Notes: a model not told the origin generated them from the sequence alone. Shown: positions 1 to 10,764, numbered from the stretch's first letter. The stretch is 64,000 nucleotides of DNA from an uncultured Chloroflexia bacterium (GCA_963823925.1 CAWGNI010000007.1:219333-283332); one strand, 5' to 3'. Numbers and translations: made by a program.

Positions 1-749
1 CGGACCGATTCGGCAAGCACAGCGGCGACCCGTCGCAGGACGTCATCGCCGGCGTCGTGGCCGCCGACTCGGTTCGTCGCCTGGAAGTCGTCAACGTCGA
101 AGATGGCGAACGACACCTCGCCGCCCTGCCGGCCGGCACGAGCGAGTTCCGACTCGAGGATCCGTCCGACCGTCCGCTCGTTGGACAGGCCGGTCAATGG
201 ATCCGTGTGCGCCATCCGCTCGAACCAATCGGAGCGCTCAGCGGCGGTGGACGCAAGTCGGGCCCGGTCGACGGCGATCGCCGCGAGCGACGCGAGGGCG
301 GTCAACAGCTCGCGCTCCGGCTCGTCGAGGATCCGCGGCCCGGGCCAGCCGAGGCCGAGCGACCCGACCGATGCCTGCACTCCGCCGGTGGTCACGATCA
401 ATGGGAGATAGGCGCCGACGAACGAGGTCCCGTCCGGCTGCGTCGCCGCTCGGTCGAAGGTCGTCTCCCGCAGCACCGCCGCGGTCGTGAACGGATGCGC
501 GGGATCGCCGATCTCGTCCGTCAAGCGACTGAACGGCCGATCCGCGTCCATCCCGCTGGAGGCGATGATCTGGAGGCCATCCCGGTCGGGATCGCTGACG
601 ACGACGGCGGCCATCGCCGATCGTGTCGACTCGACCGCCACGGACAGGATCCCGTCGAGGACTGCCTCGAGATCGACACCGGTGGCGAGCGCGTCGATGG
701 CCGCCGAGACGGCGAGCCTGGGATCGCGGGGTTGTCGGTCGTTCGACAC
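1..749 (-). CDS. GAF-GGDEF diguanylate cyclase, partial (3' part runs off the left window edge)
   Basis: Minus-strand translation from GTG (749-747) gives VSNDRQPRDPRLAVSAAIDALATG..., a GAF-like segment. It continues ...ERSDWFERMAHTDPLTGLSNERTVGR...FAIFDVDDFQATNRVGGHDAGDDVLRRVAAVLAESV, the first half of a GGDEF domain. The frame is open to the window edge, so it is absent from the ORF track. Confidence 0.75.
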   Translation of the reverse strand, partial: MSNDRQPRDPRLAVSAAIDALATGVDLEAVLDGILSVAVESTRSAMAAVVVSDPDRDGLQIIASSGMDADRPFSRLTDEIGDPAHPFTTAAVLRETTFDRAATQPDGTSFVGAYLPLIVTTGGVQASVGSLGLGWPGPRILDEPERELLTALASLAAIAVDRARLASTAAERSDWFERMAHTDPLTGLSNERTVGRILESELARAGRQGGEVSFAIFDVDDFQATNRVGGHDAGDDVLRRVAAVLAESV

Positions 750-801
750 GGCGGACTCCTGCGGTGCTGGGGGACGCATCGTACACCGCGAGCACGCCGC
801 A

Positions 802-831
802 TTGACCGCGGTCGCACTCGGCGTCGATACT
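802..831 (+). promoter_or_regulatory. Sigma-A-like promoter, apparently leaderless, for darA
   Basis: TTGACC (802-807), 18 nt, GATACT (826-831), 6 nt, GTG 838. There is no Shine-Dalgarno sequence in between. Confidence 0.4.
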
Positions 832-837
832 CCGACC

Positions 838-1167
838 GTGAAGCTTGTCGTCGCCATCGTCCACAGCGAGGACGCCGGCGCCCTCGTCACCGCGCTCCTC
901 GACAAGGAATTCCGAGCCACCCGTCTGCAGAGTTCGGGTGGGTTCCTCAAGCAGTCCAACGCGACGATCATCCTCGGTGTCGAGGACGGTGACGTGGACG
1001 AGGTGATGAGCATCGTCCGGGCCAACTGCACGTCGCGGACCCAGGTGATGAACCCGATGCCACCGATCATGGAGCCGGGCGAGTTCTTCATGCCCTATCC
1101 ACTCGAGGTGGAGGTCGGCGGCGCGACGGTCTTCGTCATGCCGGTCGAACGATTCGAGCGCCTGTGA
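838..1167 (+). CDS. darA: Cyclic-di-AMP receptor, PII-like (DarA/PstA, DUF970)
   Basis: The 109-aa product VKLVVAIVHSEDAG...SSGGFLKQSNATIILGVEDG...YPLEVEVGGATVFVMPVERFERL parallels B. subtilis DarA/YaaQ along its whole length. The GTG at 838 lies inside ORF 487..1167. Confidence 0.85.
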   Translation: MKLVVAIVHSEDAGALVTALLDKEFRATRLQSSGGFLKQSNATIILGVEDGDVDEVMSIVRANCTSRTQVMNPMPPIMEPGEFFMPYPLEVEVGGATVFVMPVERFERL

Positions 1168-1210
1168 TCATCGCCACGGCGCGCTTGAGTCGACACGTGG
1201 ACCGAGCCTG

Positions 1211-1747
1211 ATGAGCCCGTTCCGTCCCGACATCGTCGATTGCTGGATCTTCCGGGTCGGGCTGACCGCCCGGGACGTCGAGCGCCCCGAGATCCTGCTG
1301 CTTCGCCGGGCGCCAGGGCGGATCCTGCCCGGGCTGTGGCAGTGCGTTTCGGGCACGCTCGAACCGGATGAACGCGTCACCGCAGGCGCCCTCCGCGAAC
1401 TCAAGGAGGAGACCGGTTTCGGGACGGAGGCGATCGAGGCGTTCTATGACCTCGACCTGGTCAACCAGTTCCACGAACCGTCCTACGACGCGATCGTCAC
1501 CGCCGCTGTCTTCGCCGTTCGCGTCCATCCTGACGCGGAGGCGCGGTTGTCCGCCGAGCATGACGACCTCCGATGGCACGACCTTGACGAGGCCCATCAA
1601 CAGGTCATCTGGCCCGGCTACCGGACCGCCATCGAGCGGATCCGGGACGACCTGTCCGAACCGGAGCGGGCCGCCTGGTTCGAACTCACCCAGTCGGGTG
1701 ACCGAACGGAATCGGCCCACCGGTCACCGAAACTGGCGCGCTGGTAG
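1211..1747 (+). CDS. NUDIX hydrolase
   Basis: Nudix box GTLEPDERVTAGALRELKEETG (GX5EX7REUXEEXGU). Confidence 0.85.
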   Translation: MSPFRPDIVDCWIFRVGLTARDVERPEILLLRRAPGRILPGLWQCVSGTLEPDERVTAGALRELKEETGFGTEAIEAFYDLDLVNQFHEPSYDAIVTAAVFAVRVHPDAEARLSAEHDDLRWHDLDEAHQQVIWPGYRTAIERIRDDLSEPERAAWFELTQSGDRTESAHRSPKLARW

Positions 1748-1796
1748 ACTCGGCGGAAGGGCCGCCAGCCCTCGTGAGGCGGCACAGGAGGGCCAC

Positions 1797-2993
1797 GTGA
1801 TCGACCGAAGCGCAGCGCCGATGGACTCCGGGATCGCGACAGCGGCGATGCGCCGCGTCTTCCATTCGAAGGTCGATACGATCCGCCCGACCTATGGGTT
1901 CGAGGACGTCTCGCTCGCCCCGGGTACTGACACCATCGAGCCCGCCGATGTGGCCCTCTCCCAGTCGTTCGCCGGGATCGCACTTTCTATCCCGATCCTC
2001 GCCTCGGCGATGGACGCCGTCGTGGATCCGGCGTTCGCCGGAGCGCTGGCCGGACTCGGCGGCCTGGCCATCCTGAATCTCGAAGGCGTTCAGACGCGGT
2101 ACGAGGATCCCGGCGCCATCCTGGAACGGATCGCCACGGCCGCCGATGCCGACGTCCAGACGGTCCTCGCCGAGGCGTATCAGCAGCCCATCCGAGAGGA
2201 CCTCATCGCTCGGCGCCTGGACGAGATCCACCGGCTCGGATCGCCCGCGGCCGTCGCCGCGACACCTGCCGTCGCTCGTCGGTTCGGTTCATTCTGCGCG
2301 GACCGCGGGGCGGACCTGTTCCTCGTCCAGAGTCAGGTCTCGTCGGCGCGCCACATCGCCACGGAGTACGACCCGCTGTCACTCGCGGACTTCGCCCGCG
2401 AACTGCCCATCCCGGTGGCAGTCGGCAATACGACCAATGCCGAGGCGGCGTTCGCATTGATGGAGCAGGGGGCTGCTGCCGTCTTCGTCGGGGTCGGCCC
2501 GGGCGCCGCCTGCACCACCCGCGAGGTGCTCGGGATCGGGGTCCCCCAGGTCACGGCGATCAGCGATGTCGCCGCCGCTCGCGACGCCTACCTCGCGGAG
2601 ACCGGCCGCTACGTCCCGGTCGTCGCGGACGGCGGGATGCGCCGGGGTGGCGAGCTCGCCAAGGCCATCGCCGCGGGTGCCGATGCCTTGATGATCGGCT
2701 CGCCGTTGGCCCGCGCCGAAGAAGCTCCGGGGCGGGGGATGAACTGGGGGATGGCGGCCCCATCGCCGACCCTCCCTCGCGGCACCCGGATCAGGGTCGG
2801 GACGGTCGGGTCCCTTGAGCGCATCCTCTTCGGCCCGGCTCAGGTCACCGATGGGTCGGAGAACCTGGTCGGTGCCCTGCGCCAGTCGATGGCCGCACTG
2901 GGCGCTCGGACGATCCGTGACATGCAGCAGGTCGAGATGGTCTATGCGCCGTCCACCCAGACCGAGGGCAAGTCCTGGCAGCGGGGCCGCTGA
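1797..2993 (+). CDS. guaB3: GuaB3-type IMP dehydrogenase-family protein (no CBS pair)
   Basis: IMPDH/GMPR barrel motifs GVGPGAACTTREVLGIGVPQ and VVADGGMRRGGELAKAIAAGADALMIGSPLA. AGGAGG (1786-1791) sits 5 nt before GTG 1797; ATG 1821 is an alternative start. The upstream part of ORF 1368..2993 overlaps the NUDIX gene and looks non-coding. Confidence 0.85.
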   Translation: MIDRSAAPMDSGIATAAMRRVFHSKVDTIRPTYGFEDVSLAPGTDTIEPADVALSQSFAGIALSIPILASAMDAVVDPAFAGALAGLGGLAILNLEGVQTRYEDPGAILERIATAADADVQTVLAEAYQQPIREDLIARRLDEIHRLGSPAAVAATPAVARRFGSFCADRGADLFLVQSQVSSARHIATEYDPLSLADFARELPIPVAVGNTTNAEAAFALMEQGAAAVFVGVGPGAACTTREVLGIGVPQVTAISDVAAARDAYLAETGRYVPVVADGGMRRGGELAKAIAAGADALMIGSPLARAEEAPGRGMNWGMAAPSPTLPRGTRIRVGTVGSLERILFGPAQVTDGSENLVGALRQSMAALGARTIRDMQQVEMVYAPSTQTEGKSWQRGR

Positions 2994-3013
2994 TCCCCTC
3001 CGATCGTGAGGAG

Positions 3014-3376
3014 ATGGACGCCGAGCTGGTCGCGTCCGGCCGATACGCTCGGATCGAGGTTCGCAGTCGCCGGTCCGGCGCCGTCCGCGCGGTGACCGTC
3101 GGGTTCGTGGACGATCCGGCCGGCCCTCCGGGTGTCATCCTCGTCGCCTCCGGGGCGGCCGACAGCGCCTGGGCCGCCGATCTGGTCGAGGAACCGGCCT
3201 GCCGCGTCACGATCGGCTCGCGTGCGTTCGACGGCGTCGCCGAGCTCCTCGAGCGGGGCGACCACGGACGAACGGTCGCCGCGTTGATCATCCGCTACGG
3301 GACGCCGGCAGAGGGCCTGGGGAACGGTCCGAGCTTCCGGATCCGGCCCGTCGCCGACACGAGCCGATCGCGGTGA
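3014..3376 (+). CDS. Hypothetical protein, possibly DUF385/deazaflavin-dependent nitroreductase-like
   Basis: GAGGAG lies directly upstream of ATG 3014. The pattern ...VILVASGAADSAWAADLVEEPACRVTIG... resembles split-barrel DUF385 proteins. The family call is weak. Confidence 0.5.
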   Translation: MDAELVASGRYARIEVRSRRSGAVRAVTVGFVDDPAGPPGVILVASGAADSAWAADLVEEPACRVTIGSRAFDGVAELLERGDHGRTVAALIIRYGTPAEGLGNGPSFRIRPVADTSRSR

Positions 3377-3831
3377 CGATCTCGGTCGAGATCGAGACGA
3401 CGATCGCCCGCCCGCCGGCGGAGGTCTTCGCGGCCCTGACCGATGTCGAACGCTGGCCGGCATGGCTCATCGCTTCCGGGATCACCGGCGTGGAGCGGCT
3501 CGATACCGACGCGCTGGCAGCCGGCTCCCGCCTGCGCATCTCCCAGACGGTCGCCGGACGGTCGACCGTCCTCGACGGCGCGGTGACCGTGCTGATCGCC
3601 GATGCCGCGTTCGGACTCCGCGGGCGTGATCCCGATGGCGTGACCATCGAGATCGATGCGGTGCTCGTCGCCGATGGGTTGGCGGGTGGCGGTCCGACGA
3701 CCCGGCTTCGTTGGTCGGTCCGGGTCGGCCTGCCGCTGCGGTACCGGATGTTCGAGTCGATGGTCAAGCCGCAGGCCCGTCGGGCTGCCGCCCTGGACCT
3801 GGAGGCGCTCCGGATCCGGGTCGAACGGTGA
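3373..3831 (+). CDS. SRPBCC (START/polyketide-cyclase-like) family protein
   Basis: The N-terminus IETTIARPPAEVFAALTDVERWPAWL is typical of SRPBCC proteins. The GTGA start/stop overlaps with the upstream gene. Confidence 0.7.
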   Translation: MTISVEIETTIARPPAEVFAALTDVERWPAWLIASGITGVERLDTDALAAGSRLRISQTVAGRSTVLDGAVTVLIADAAFGLRGRDPDGVTIEIDAVLVADGLAGGGPTTRLRWSVRVGLPLRYRMFESMVKPQARRAAALDLEALRIRVER

Positions 3832-4212
3832 CCAGCGATGGCCCGACCCTGTACGAGCGCGCCGGCGGGACACCGTTCTTCGAACGATTGGTCGGCGGCT
3901 TCTACGACGGCGTCGCCCAGGACCCGGCGATCCGGCAGCTCTATCCGGAGGCCGACCTGGCACCCGCCCGGCGCCGCCTCACCCTGTTCCTCATCCAGTA
4001 CTGGGGCGGACCGTCGACGTACCAGGAGGAACGGGGACACCCCCGGTTGCGGATGCGCCACGCACCATTCGCGATCGGGCCCACGGAGCGCGATCGGTGG
4101 CTCGTGCACATGCGTGCGGCGATCGCCGAACTGGCGCCGTCGCCGGACGTGGCGGCGAGAGCTGGATGCCTACTTCGCGATGGCTGCCGAGGCGATGCGC
4201 AACCGAGGCTGA
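3828..4212 (+). pseudogene. glbO: Group II truncated haemoglobin (GlbO-like), one frame change near 4152-4165
   Basis: TLYERAGGTPFFERLVGGFYDGVAQDPAIRQLYPE...HPRLRMRHAPFAIGPTERDRWLVHMRAAI in the frame of ORF 3711. The expected C-terminus ELDAYFAMAAEAMRNRG* is in the frame of ORF 3838. Removing one base from gcggcgAgagctgg restores AAELDAYF. The length of 385 nt equals 3n+1. Confidence 0.75.
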
Positions 4213-4302
4213 CCGATCGCGGATCGCCGTCCGGCCGGGTCGTCGCGGGTCCGGGGCCGTCCCGTACACTGGCCTGAACGAAGGGGAGGGCGGCATCGAC
4301 CG

Positions 4303-6099
4303 ATGACCGAGGCGACCGACACGACAGACGATCCGGCGGCGGGCGACGGGGACGGGACGGACGACCCGGCGCCCGATCAGCCCAGGGAGCGGGGCAAGAC
4401 CGTCCACGGCGAGCAGGCGAACGCGGGTCATCGCGTCCTCGCCCCCGATGATGCCGAGGTGGAGGCCTACCTCGAGGCCGCGTTGAAGGCGCCGTCACCG
4501 GCTCGCTCGCCGGACGACCGACCGGCCGGCGCGACCGCGCCCGGGACGGTCGCCATCCTCGACTTCGGCAGCCAGTTCGCGCAACTCATCGCCCGGCGGG
4601 TCCGCGAACTGGACGTCTATTCCGAACTGCTGCCGCACGACACGCCCTTCGCGGAACTCGAGCGTCGCGGCACCCGCGCCATCATCCTGTCCGGTGGTCC
4701 GATGTCGGTCTACGACCCGGGCGCGCCGCGGCCCGATCCGGCGATCTGGTCGGGCCGGATCCCTGTCCTCGGGATCTGTTATGGGGCCCAGATGATGGCC
4801 CTCGAGTTCGGTGGTGACGTGCTCCCGGCCGATCGGCGTGAATACGGCCCAGCCACCGTCACGATCACGGCCGAGGACGGCCTGTTCACCGACCTCGATC
4901 GCGAACAACCGGTCTGGATGAGTCACGGGGATTCCATCACCCGGCTCCCGGAGGGGTTCCACGCCACCGCCCAATCCGATTCGACACCGTACGCCGGGCT
5001 GGCCGCGCCGGATCGCAACCTGTATGGGATCCAGTTCCATCCGGAAGTCGTGCACACGCCGCGCGGCCGTCAGGTCCTGCGCAACTTCGTCGAGGGGATC
5101 GCCGGGATCGCCCCGACGTGGACGGCCGCCAACTTCATCGACACGACGGTCACCGGGATCCGCGAACGGGTCGATGGGCATGCCGGACGGACGAGTTCGG
5201 ACGGCCTGGTCATCTGTGCCTTGTCCGGCGGCGTCGACTCGGCGGTCGCGGCCGCCCTGGTCCATCGCGCCGTCGGCGATCGGCTGACCTGCATCTACGT
5301 CGATCACGGCCTGATGCGCAAGAAGGAATCCGAACTCCTCCGGGTCACCTTCGAGCGCGACCTCGGGATGAACCTGGTCATGGTCGACGCTCGCAAGCGG
5401 TTCCTCGCCCGACTTGCCGGCGTCGAGGACCCGGAGGAAAAGCGGCGGATCATCGGCGACGAGTTCATCCGCGTCTTCGAAGAGGAGGCGGCCAGGCTCG
5501 GCAGCATCGACTTCCTGACCCAGGGAACGCTCTACCCGGACGTCATCGAGTCCGCCACGTCGGAGACCAAGACGGCTCAGAAGATCAAGACACACCACAA
5601 CGTCGGAGGACTGCCGGCGGACCTTCGCTTCCAGCTCATCGAGCCGCTCCGCTACCTGTTCAAGGACGAGGTCCGCAAGGTCGGTCTCGAGCTCGGCCTG
5701 CCGGAGGCGATGGTCCTGCGTCAGCCGTTCCCGGGCCCGGGGCTCGCGATCCGGATCATCGGCGAGGTGACCGCCGACCGCCTCGAAACGCTGCGCGAAG
5801 CGGACTGGATCGTCATCGATGAGATCAAGGGGGCCGGCCTGTATCGCAGCCTGTGGCAGTCATTCGCGATCCTCACGCCGGTCCGCTCCGTCGGGGTCAT
5901 GGGCGATGGCCGGACCTACGCCAACGTCGTGGCCATCCGGGCGGTCACCAGCGAGGACGGGATGACGGCCGACTGGGCCAAGCTCCCGTACGACGTCCTG
6001 GGCAAGATCTCGTCGCGGATCGTCAACGAGGTACCGGGCGTCAACCGGGTCGTCTACGACATCAGTTCCAAGCCACCGGCGACGATCGAATGGGAGTGA
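4303..6099 (+). CDS. guaA: Glutamine-hydrolysing GMP synthase
   Basis: GATase-1 ([32 protein letters not shown]), an ATP-PPase P-loop SGGVDS, and the C-terminal dimerisation domain ending PPATIEWE. There is an acidic N-extension of about 80 aa, so the true start may be internal. Confidence 0.9.
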   Translation: MTEATDTTDDPAAGDGDGTDDPAPDQPRERGKTVHGEQANAGHRVLAPDDAEVEAYLEAALKAPSPARSPDDRPAGATAPGTVAILDFGSQFAQLIARRVRELDVYSELLPHDTPFAELERRGTRAIILSGGPMSVYDPGAPRPDPAIWSGRIPVLGICYGAQMMALEFGGDVLPADRREYGPATVTITAEDGLFTDLDREQPVWMSHGDSITRLPEGFHATAQSDSTPYAGLAAPDRNLYGIQFHPEVVHTPRGRQVLRNFVEGIAGIAPTWTAANFIDTTVTGIRERVDGHAGRTSSDGLVICALSGGVDSAVAAALVHRAVGDRLTCIYVDHGLMRKKESELLRVTFERDLGMNLVMVDARKRFLARLAGVEDPEEKRRIIGDEFIRVFEEEAARLGSIDFLTQGTLYPDVIESATSETKTAQKIKTHHNVGGLPADLRFQLIEPLRYLFKDEVRKVGLELGLPEAMVLRQPFPGPGLAIRIIGEVTADRLETLREADWIVIDEIKGAGLYRSLWQSFAILTPVRSVGVMGDGRTYANVVAIRAVTSEDGMTADWAKLPYDVLGKISSRIVNEVPGVNRVVYDISSKPPATIEWE

Positions 6100-6152
6100 C
6101 CGTCCTGCCCGTCCCATGACGGATGGGCCATCGAAAGGGCGCGATGACGCGG

Positions 6153-6158
6153 TACGAT
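6153..6158 (+). promoter_or_regulatory. -10-like hexamer TACGAT, 7 nt before ATG 6166 (leaderless candidate)
   Basis: TANNNT hexamer, no SD between it and the start codon. Confidence 0.3.
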
Positions 6159-6165
6159 TTCGCCC

Positions 6166-6891
6166 ATGGCCCAATCGCCCCAACCTCCCGACCGATCGGC
6201 GGACCTGATCTGCTCGTGGTGTTCCGCGGCCCTCGACCCGACGATGGCGGATTGCCCATCGTGCGGCGCACAACTGATCCCGACCGATGGATCCGACATG
6301 CCCGGACTGACGAGCGTGGACGTGCGGGCGACGCGAAGCGAGATCAAGGCGCGTCCGCGGAGTCGACTGTTGTCGTGGATCAGCGGCGACTACGCGGACG
6401 ATGTCCCGACCAAGGCGGAGGCCCTCGCGGTCGCCCCGCCCGATCATGCGGTCCAGCAGGAGATCCTTCGGCTCCAGATCGAGGCGGAGCTGGCCGACCT
6501 GCAGGCCGAAGCAGACGCCATCGCCGCGGATGCGCTCGTCGAGTCGGGCAGCCCGGAAGTGGGCGCCGCCGAGGAGTCGTCGTCGGACGAGCAATCGTCG
6601 CCGGTCGAGGATGGGACCGCAGATCCCGCTGCCGATGCGACCGCAGGTCCCGCTGCCGATGCGACCGCACCGGCCGCGATCGAGGAACCACCGTCTGACG
6701 CGGATGCCGGGTCGGACGGACCGCTGCCGCCGGAAGCATCGTCGGCGCCGGATGCAGCGGCGAACGAAGCCCTGGAACGTGAGCAGACGCGACGCGAGTT
6801 GGAGGCGCAGATCGCGGAACTCCAGGCGCGAGTGGACGCGATCTCCCCGGAAGGCCCCTCGGCGCCACCTGAGGACCCAGCTTCCGCCTGA
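6166..6891 (+). CDS. Zinc-ribbon / coiled-coil acidic protein, unknown function
   Basis: CSWCSAALDPTMADCPSCGAQL (CxxC-n9-CxxC), then helical EILRLQIEAELADLQAEADAIAADAL and ...RRELEAQIAELQARVDAI. The central part is Ala/Asp/Pro-rich. Confidence 0.65.
   Translation: MAQSPQPPDRSADLICSWCSAALDPTMADCPSCGAQLIPTDGSDMPGLTSVDVRATRSEIKARPRSRLLSWISGDYADDVPTKAEALAVAPPDHAVQQEILRLQIEAELADLQAEADAIAADALVESGSPEVGAAEESSSDEQSSPVEDGTADPAADATAGPAADATAPAAIEEPPSDADAGSDGPLPPEASSAPDAAANEALEREQTRRELEAQIAELQARVDAISPEGPSAPPEDPASA
6616..6669 (+). repeat. 24-bp tandem repeat (2.25 copies) inside the CDS
   Basis: accgcagatcccgctgccgatgcg / accgcaggtcccgctgccgatgcg / accgca; one mismatch. Encodes TADPAADA-TAGPAADA-TA. Confidence 0.8.
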
Positions 6892-6940
6892 TCCCTCGCT
6901 GGCCAGACCGTGGTCAGCCGCCCGCGGCCGGCGCCCCGGC

Positions 6941-6946
6941 TATCCT
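6941..6946 (+). promoter_or_regulatory. -10-like hexamer TATCCT, 7 nt before ATG 6954 (leaderless candidate)
   Basis: TANNNT hexamer, no SD. Confidence 0.3.
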
Positions 6947-6953
6947 GCCCTGG

Positions 6954-7412
6954 ATGCCCGAACGTCTGCCCCCACCAGGACCGTCATTCCTGCGTGAGCG
7001 GCCACTCCGCACCTCCGCACAGACCTTCCGCGCCGGGATGGGACGGCCGTCGACGGCTCCGGACGGTTGGTGGCTGGCCGTCGTCTGGGTCGCGGATGGC
7101 GACGGCGTCGTGTCGTTCCGGGATGTCGCGCCGACCGCCGGTCCACCGCCGGACCCACCGTTGAGTCGACTCGGACCAGCCCTCAGCGGCGCCCTGTCTG
7201 GCCTGATCCTCGAGGACGCGGGCCGGCTCCAGATGCGCCTCGGCCTGGTCGCCGCGCCGGACGATCCCGACTACCCGTGGCGGGTCCCGCTCGCGATCCG
7301 GAGCGCATTCCGGTTCGAGCCGGCGCGCGCGGCCGCGATGCGCCCGAACGAACTCGCGGACGCGGTCCTCGATGGGTTCGCCCACGCCATCGAAGGGCTC
7401 CATCGGCCCTGA
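6954..7412 (+). CDS. Hypothetical protein
   Basis: The ORF has coding-like composition (...DGWWLAVVWVADGDGVVSFRDV...PNELADAVLDGFAHAIEGL) and a -10-like hexamer at leaderless spacing. No family was recognised. Confidence 0.45.
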   Translation: MPERLPPPGPSFLRERPLRTSAQTFRAGMGRPSTAPDGWWLAVVWVADGDGVVSFRDVAPTAGPPPDPPLSRLGPALSGALSGLILEDAGRLQMRLGLVAAPDDPDYPWRVPLAIRSAFRFEPARAAAMRPNELADAVLDGFAHAIEGLHRP

Positions 7413-7441
7413 TCGGCTGCGGCAGGTAGACTCCCCGCTGG

Positions 7442-10400
7442 ATGCGTGACCTGTTCGACGACTTCATGGAGGAGCTGCGCAAGCGTGAGCTGCTGGCGCG
7501 CGGGCAGGACCCAGGTTCGGATGAAGGGCGCCAGCCGGACGACCCCGATGACGAGGATGTGATCGACGACGAAGCCGTCGACCCGGACGAAATTGTCGAT
7601 CCCGACGAGGCCGCCGCCGACGAAGCGGCGGTCGATCCCGACGCGGACGTCGAAGACGCCACGGACGGCCCGATCTCGATCGACACCGGCAGGCAGCGTG
7701 CCGGACCGCCACCGCGCCGTCGCGGACCGGGTGGTCCCGATGACGGTGGCCCGGGCCGAGCCGCTCGCGCCGGCCGCCGGATCGGCCTGGCGGCCGCGGT
7801 CCTCGTCGTCGTCGCGATCTTCCTGCTGCTCAGCGTCGGCCTCGACCTTTGGACGGACGCTGAGTGGTACAAGAGCGTCTCCTTCGATTCGGTCTTCTGG
7901 ACCCGCCTGATCGCCACCTTCGGTCTCGGGGTCGGGGCATTCTTCCTCGCGCTCGTCGTCCTCCTCGGCAATATCTGGCTGGCCGGGCGGTTGGCGCCGG
8001 TCGACGACGGCAGCGGCGGCGGGTTGCGCTCCATCGTCGCCCGACTCAACGACGCGGCTCGTGCTGCCGATGAAGGGCGCGGTGGATCACGGTCGGCGTT
8101 CGGCGGGGGTCGCCCGCCGTTCGGGGCCGCCGGCGGTGGGCGAGATGGTCAGTCGGTCGTCTTCGAGATGGGCGATCTCCCGGATCTCACGCCACTGGCC
8201 GGCTGGGCGCTCGGCGGGGTCGCGATCTTCATCGCCCTGCTCATCGGTGGTCGATGTCCGGGGCGTGGGAGACCGTGCTGCTGTGGATCCATCGCGTGCC
8301 GTTCTCGCCGACGGCGACGGTGACCGATCCGATCTTCAACCGCGATATCGGTTTCTTCCTGTTCGAGTTGCCGTTCCTGCGACTCATCCAGGGCCTCTTC
8401 AATACCCTGGTCGTGGCCGGCCTGATCGTCACCCTGGCCCGCTACCTGATCGGCGCCTCGCATGGCGGGCCTCGCGTTCACCACCCCGGTCCGGGTCCAT
8501 CTCGCGGTCCTCGGCGGGCTGTTCCTGCTGTCGGTGGCCTTCGGCTATCAGCTGGACAAGCTCGAGCTCGTCTACAGCACCGAGGGCTCGCAACGGGCGT
8601 CAGCTACACGGACCAGAACGCCCAGTTCATCGCGTACGACATGCTGACGGTCATCTCCGGGATGGCCGCCGCACTTTCTGGTCGGCGGCGCATTCACGCA
8701 GGGTGCTCTGGCCGCTCGGGCTGACGATCGCCGTCTGGTTCCTCGCCTCGATCATCATCGGACGGGTCTACCCGGAGGCCGTCCAGCGGTTCTCGGTGGC
8801 GCCCAACCAGAACGCCCAGGAAGCGCTCTACGTCAGCAACAACATCGCGATGACCCGTCTCGCCTATGACCTCGGGGATTGGGCCGGACATCCCGTTCAA
8901 GGGGGACCAGGTCCTCACCGAGGCGCAGATCAAGGCCGAATCCGACACCTTCCAGAGCGCCCGGCTGTGGGATTACCGACCCCTGCGGACGACACTCGAT
9001 CAACTCCAGACCGTCCGCAAGTACTACGACTTCACCGACGTCGACACGGATCGATACATCATCAACGGGGTCCCCCGCCAGGTCATGCTTTCCGCCCGCG
9101 AGCTGTGGCTCGAACAGAACCCGACCGCGACCGGCTGGGTGAACCAGCGGATCGTCTACACCCACGGCTTCGGGGCCGCGATGGTCCCGGTCAACGAGGT
9201 CACGAACGAGGGACAGCCACGCCTGTTCATCGGCAATCTGCCGCCGGTCTCGGTCCCCGGAACCCCACCGATCACCCAGCCCAGGATCTATTTCGGTGAG
9301 CGGCCGAGCAATTACCTCGTCGTCGGGGCGCAGCAGAACGAGTTCGATTACCCGACCGGCGACGATTCCGTCGGTGGATCCGGCACCCAGACGCGCTGGA
9401 CCGGGACGACCGGGATCCCGCTCGACACGACCTTCCAGCGGCTCCTGTTCGCCCTCCGCTTCCGCGACCTCAACCTGCTCATCAGCGATCAGGTGACCCG
9501 CGACAGTCAGCTCCTGTTCCACCGATCGCTCGACGATCGGATCAGCCGGATCGCCCCGTTCCTGTTGTTCGACAAGGACCCCTACCTGGTCATCGACGAC
9601 TCAGGCCGGATGGTCTACGTCCAGGACGCATTCACGACCTCGGACAAGTTCCCGAACGCCCAGGCGTTCGACCCGTCGACCTTCGTGACCACGGGTCTGG
9701 GGAATCAACCGTTCGACTACATCCGGAACAGCGTCAAGATCACCATGGACGCCTATGACGGGACGATGCACTTCTACGTGTCTGCGCCCGACGACCCGAT
9801 CATCCGGGCCTACCAGGGCGTCTTCCCGGACCTGTTCGAGCCGCTCAGTTCGATGCCGCAGGACCTGCGTGCCCACCTGCGCGTCCCCGAGGAGCTGTTC
9901 AACGTGCAGACCCGGATGTTCGGGCGGTACCACGTGACCAACACGCAGCAGTTCATCCAAAAGGACGACCTGTGGACCGTGCCCGACCAGACCAGCGAGC
10001 AGACCCTCCCGTCGGAGGCCTACTACGTGGAGATGCGACTCCCGAACCAGGAGGGCGTCGAGTTCCTCCTCCTGCAACCGATGGTCCCGATCGACCGACC
10101 GAACATGATCGCCTGGGTGGCGGCCCGGATGGACGCGCCCAACTACGGCCAGACCGAGGTCTACCGGTTCCCGGCGGACACGACGATCTTCGGACCGGCG
10201 CAGATCGAGGCGCGGATCGACCAGGACCCCGCGATCAGCGCCCAGATCTCGCTGTGGAACCAATCGGGCAGCAAGGTGATCCGGGGCAACCTGATCGTCG
10301 TCGCGCTCGACGATTCGCTCATCTACCTGCAGCCGGTCTATCTCCAATCGACCGGATCGGCCTTCCCCGAGTTCAAGAAGATCGTCGTGGCATCGCCGCG

Positions 10401-10764
10401 TCAGGTCGTCTGGGCCAATTCACTGGCGGTGGCCCTGCAGCAGCTCCTCGTGGCAGAGGGCTCCAGTCCGGGCGGGCCGTCGCCGGGCCCATCACCGAGC
10501 CCAGGCCCGACGGCGACACCCGGGCCGGGGACGAGCCCAGGCCCGACGCCGACGGCGAACCCCGGACTGCCAGCCGATATCCAGGGTCTGATCGCCTACG
10601 CCAACGTCCACTTCGAGGCGGCGCAAGCTGCCCTGCGGGCCGGCGACTTCTCGACGTACGGGGATGAGATGGCGCTGGTCGCGGAAGCCCTGCGACAGTT
10701 GCAGATCCTCGCCCCCGGGCTAGCCGTCCCGAGCCTCGCCCCGTCGGCCAGCCCGGCCCAGTGA
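7442..10764 (+). pseudogene. UPF0182 family membrane protein, at least five frame changes
   Basis: The protein runs across ORFs 7442, 8254, 8462, 8254 again, 8061 and 8866. Segments in order: ...LWTDAEWYKSVSFDSVFWTRL...; DPIFNRDIGFFLFELPFLRLIQ; LAVLGGLFLLSVAFGYQLDKLELVYSTEG; GVSYTDQNAQFIAYDMLTV; VLWPLGLTIAVWFLASIIIGRVYPEAVQRFSVAPNQNAQEALYVSNNIAMTRLAYDL; then DIPFKGDQ...ARLWDYRPL... through to the end. Frame changes lie near 8250, 8460, 8600, 8680-8700 and 8885. Confidence 0.85.

Noticed and set aside
4303-4545. Acidic 80-aa N-terminal extension of GuaA, considered as a separate small gene or domain.
   Set aside because: It is in frame with guaA with no stop, is low-complexity, and has no independent start or RBS signal. 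It is more likely a mis-placed start or a disordered extension.
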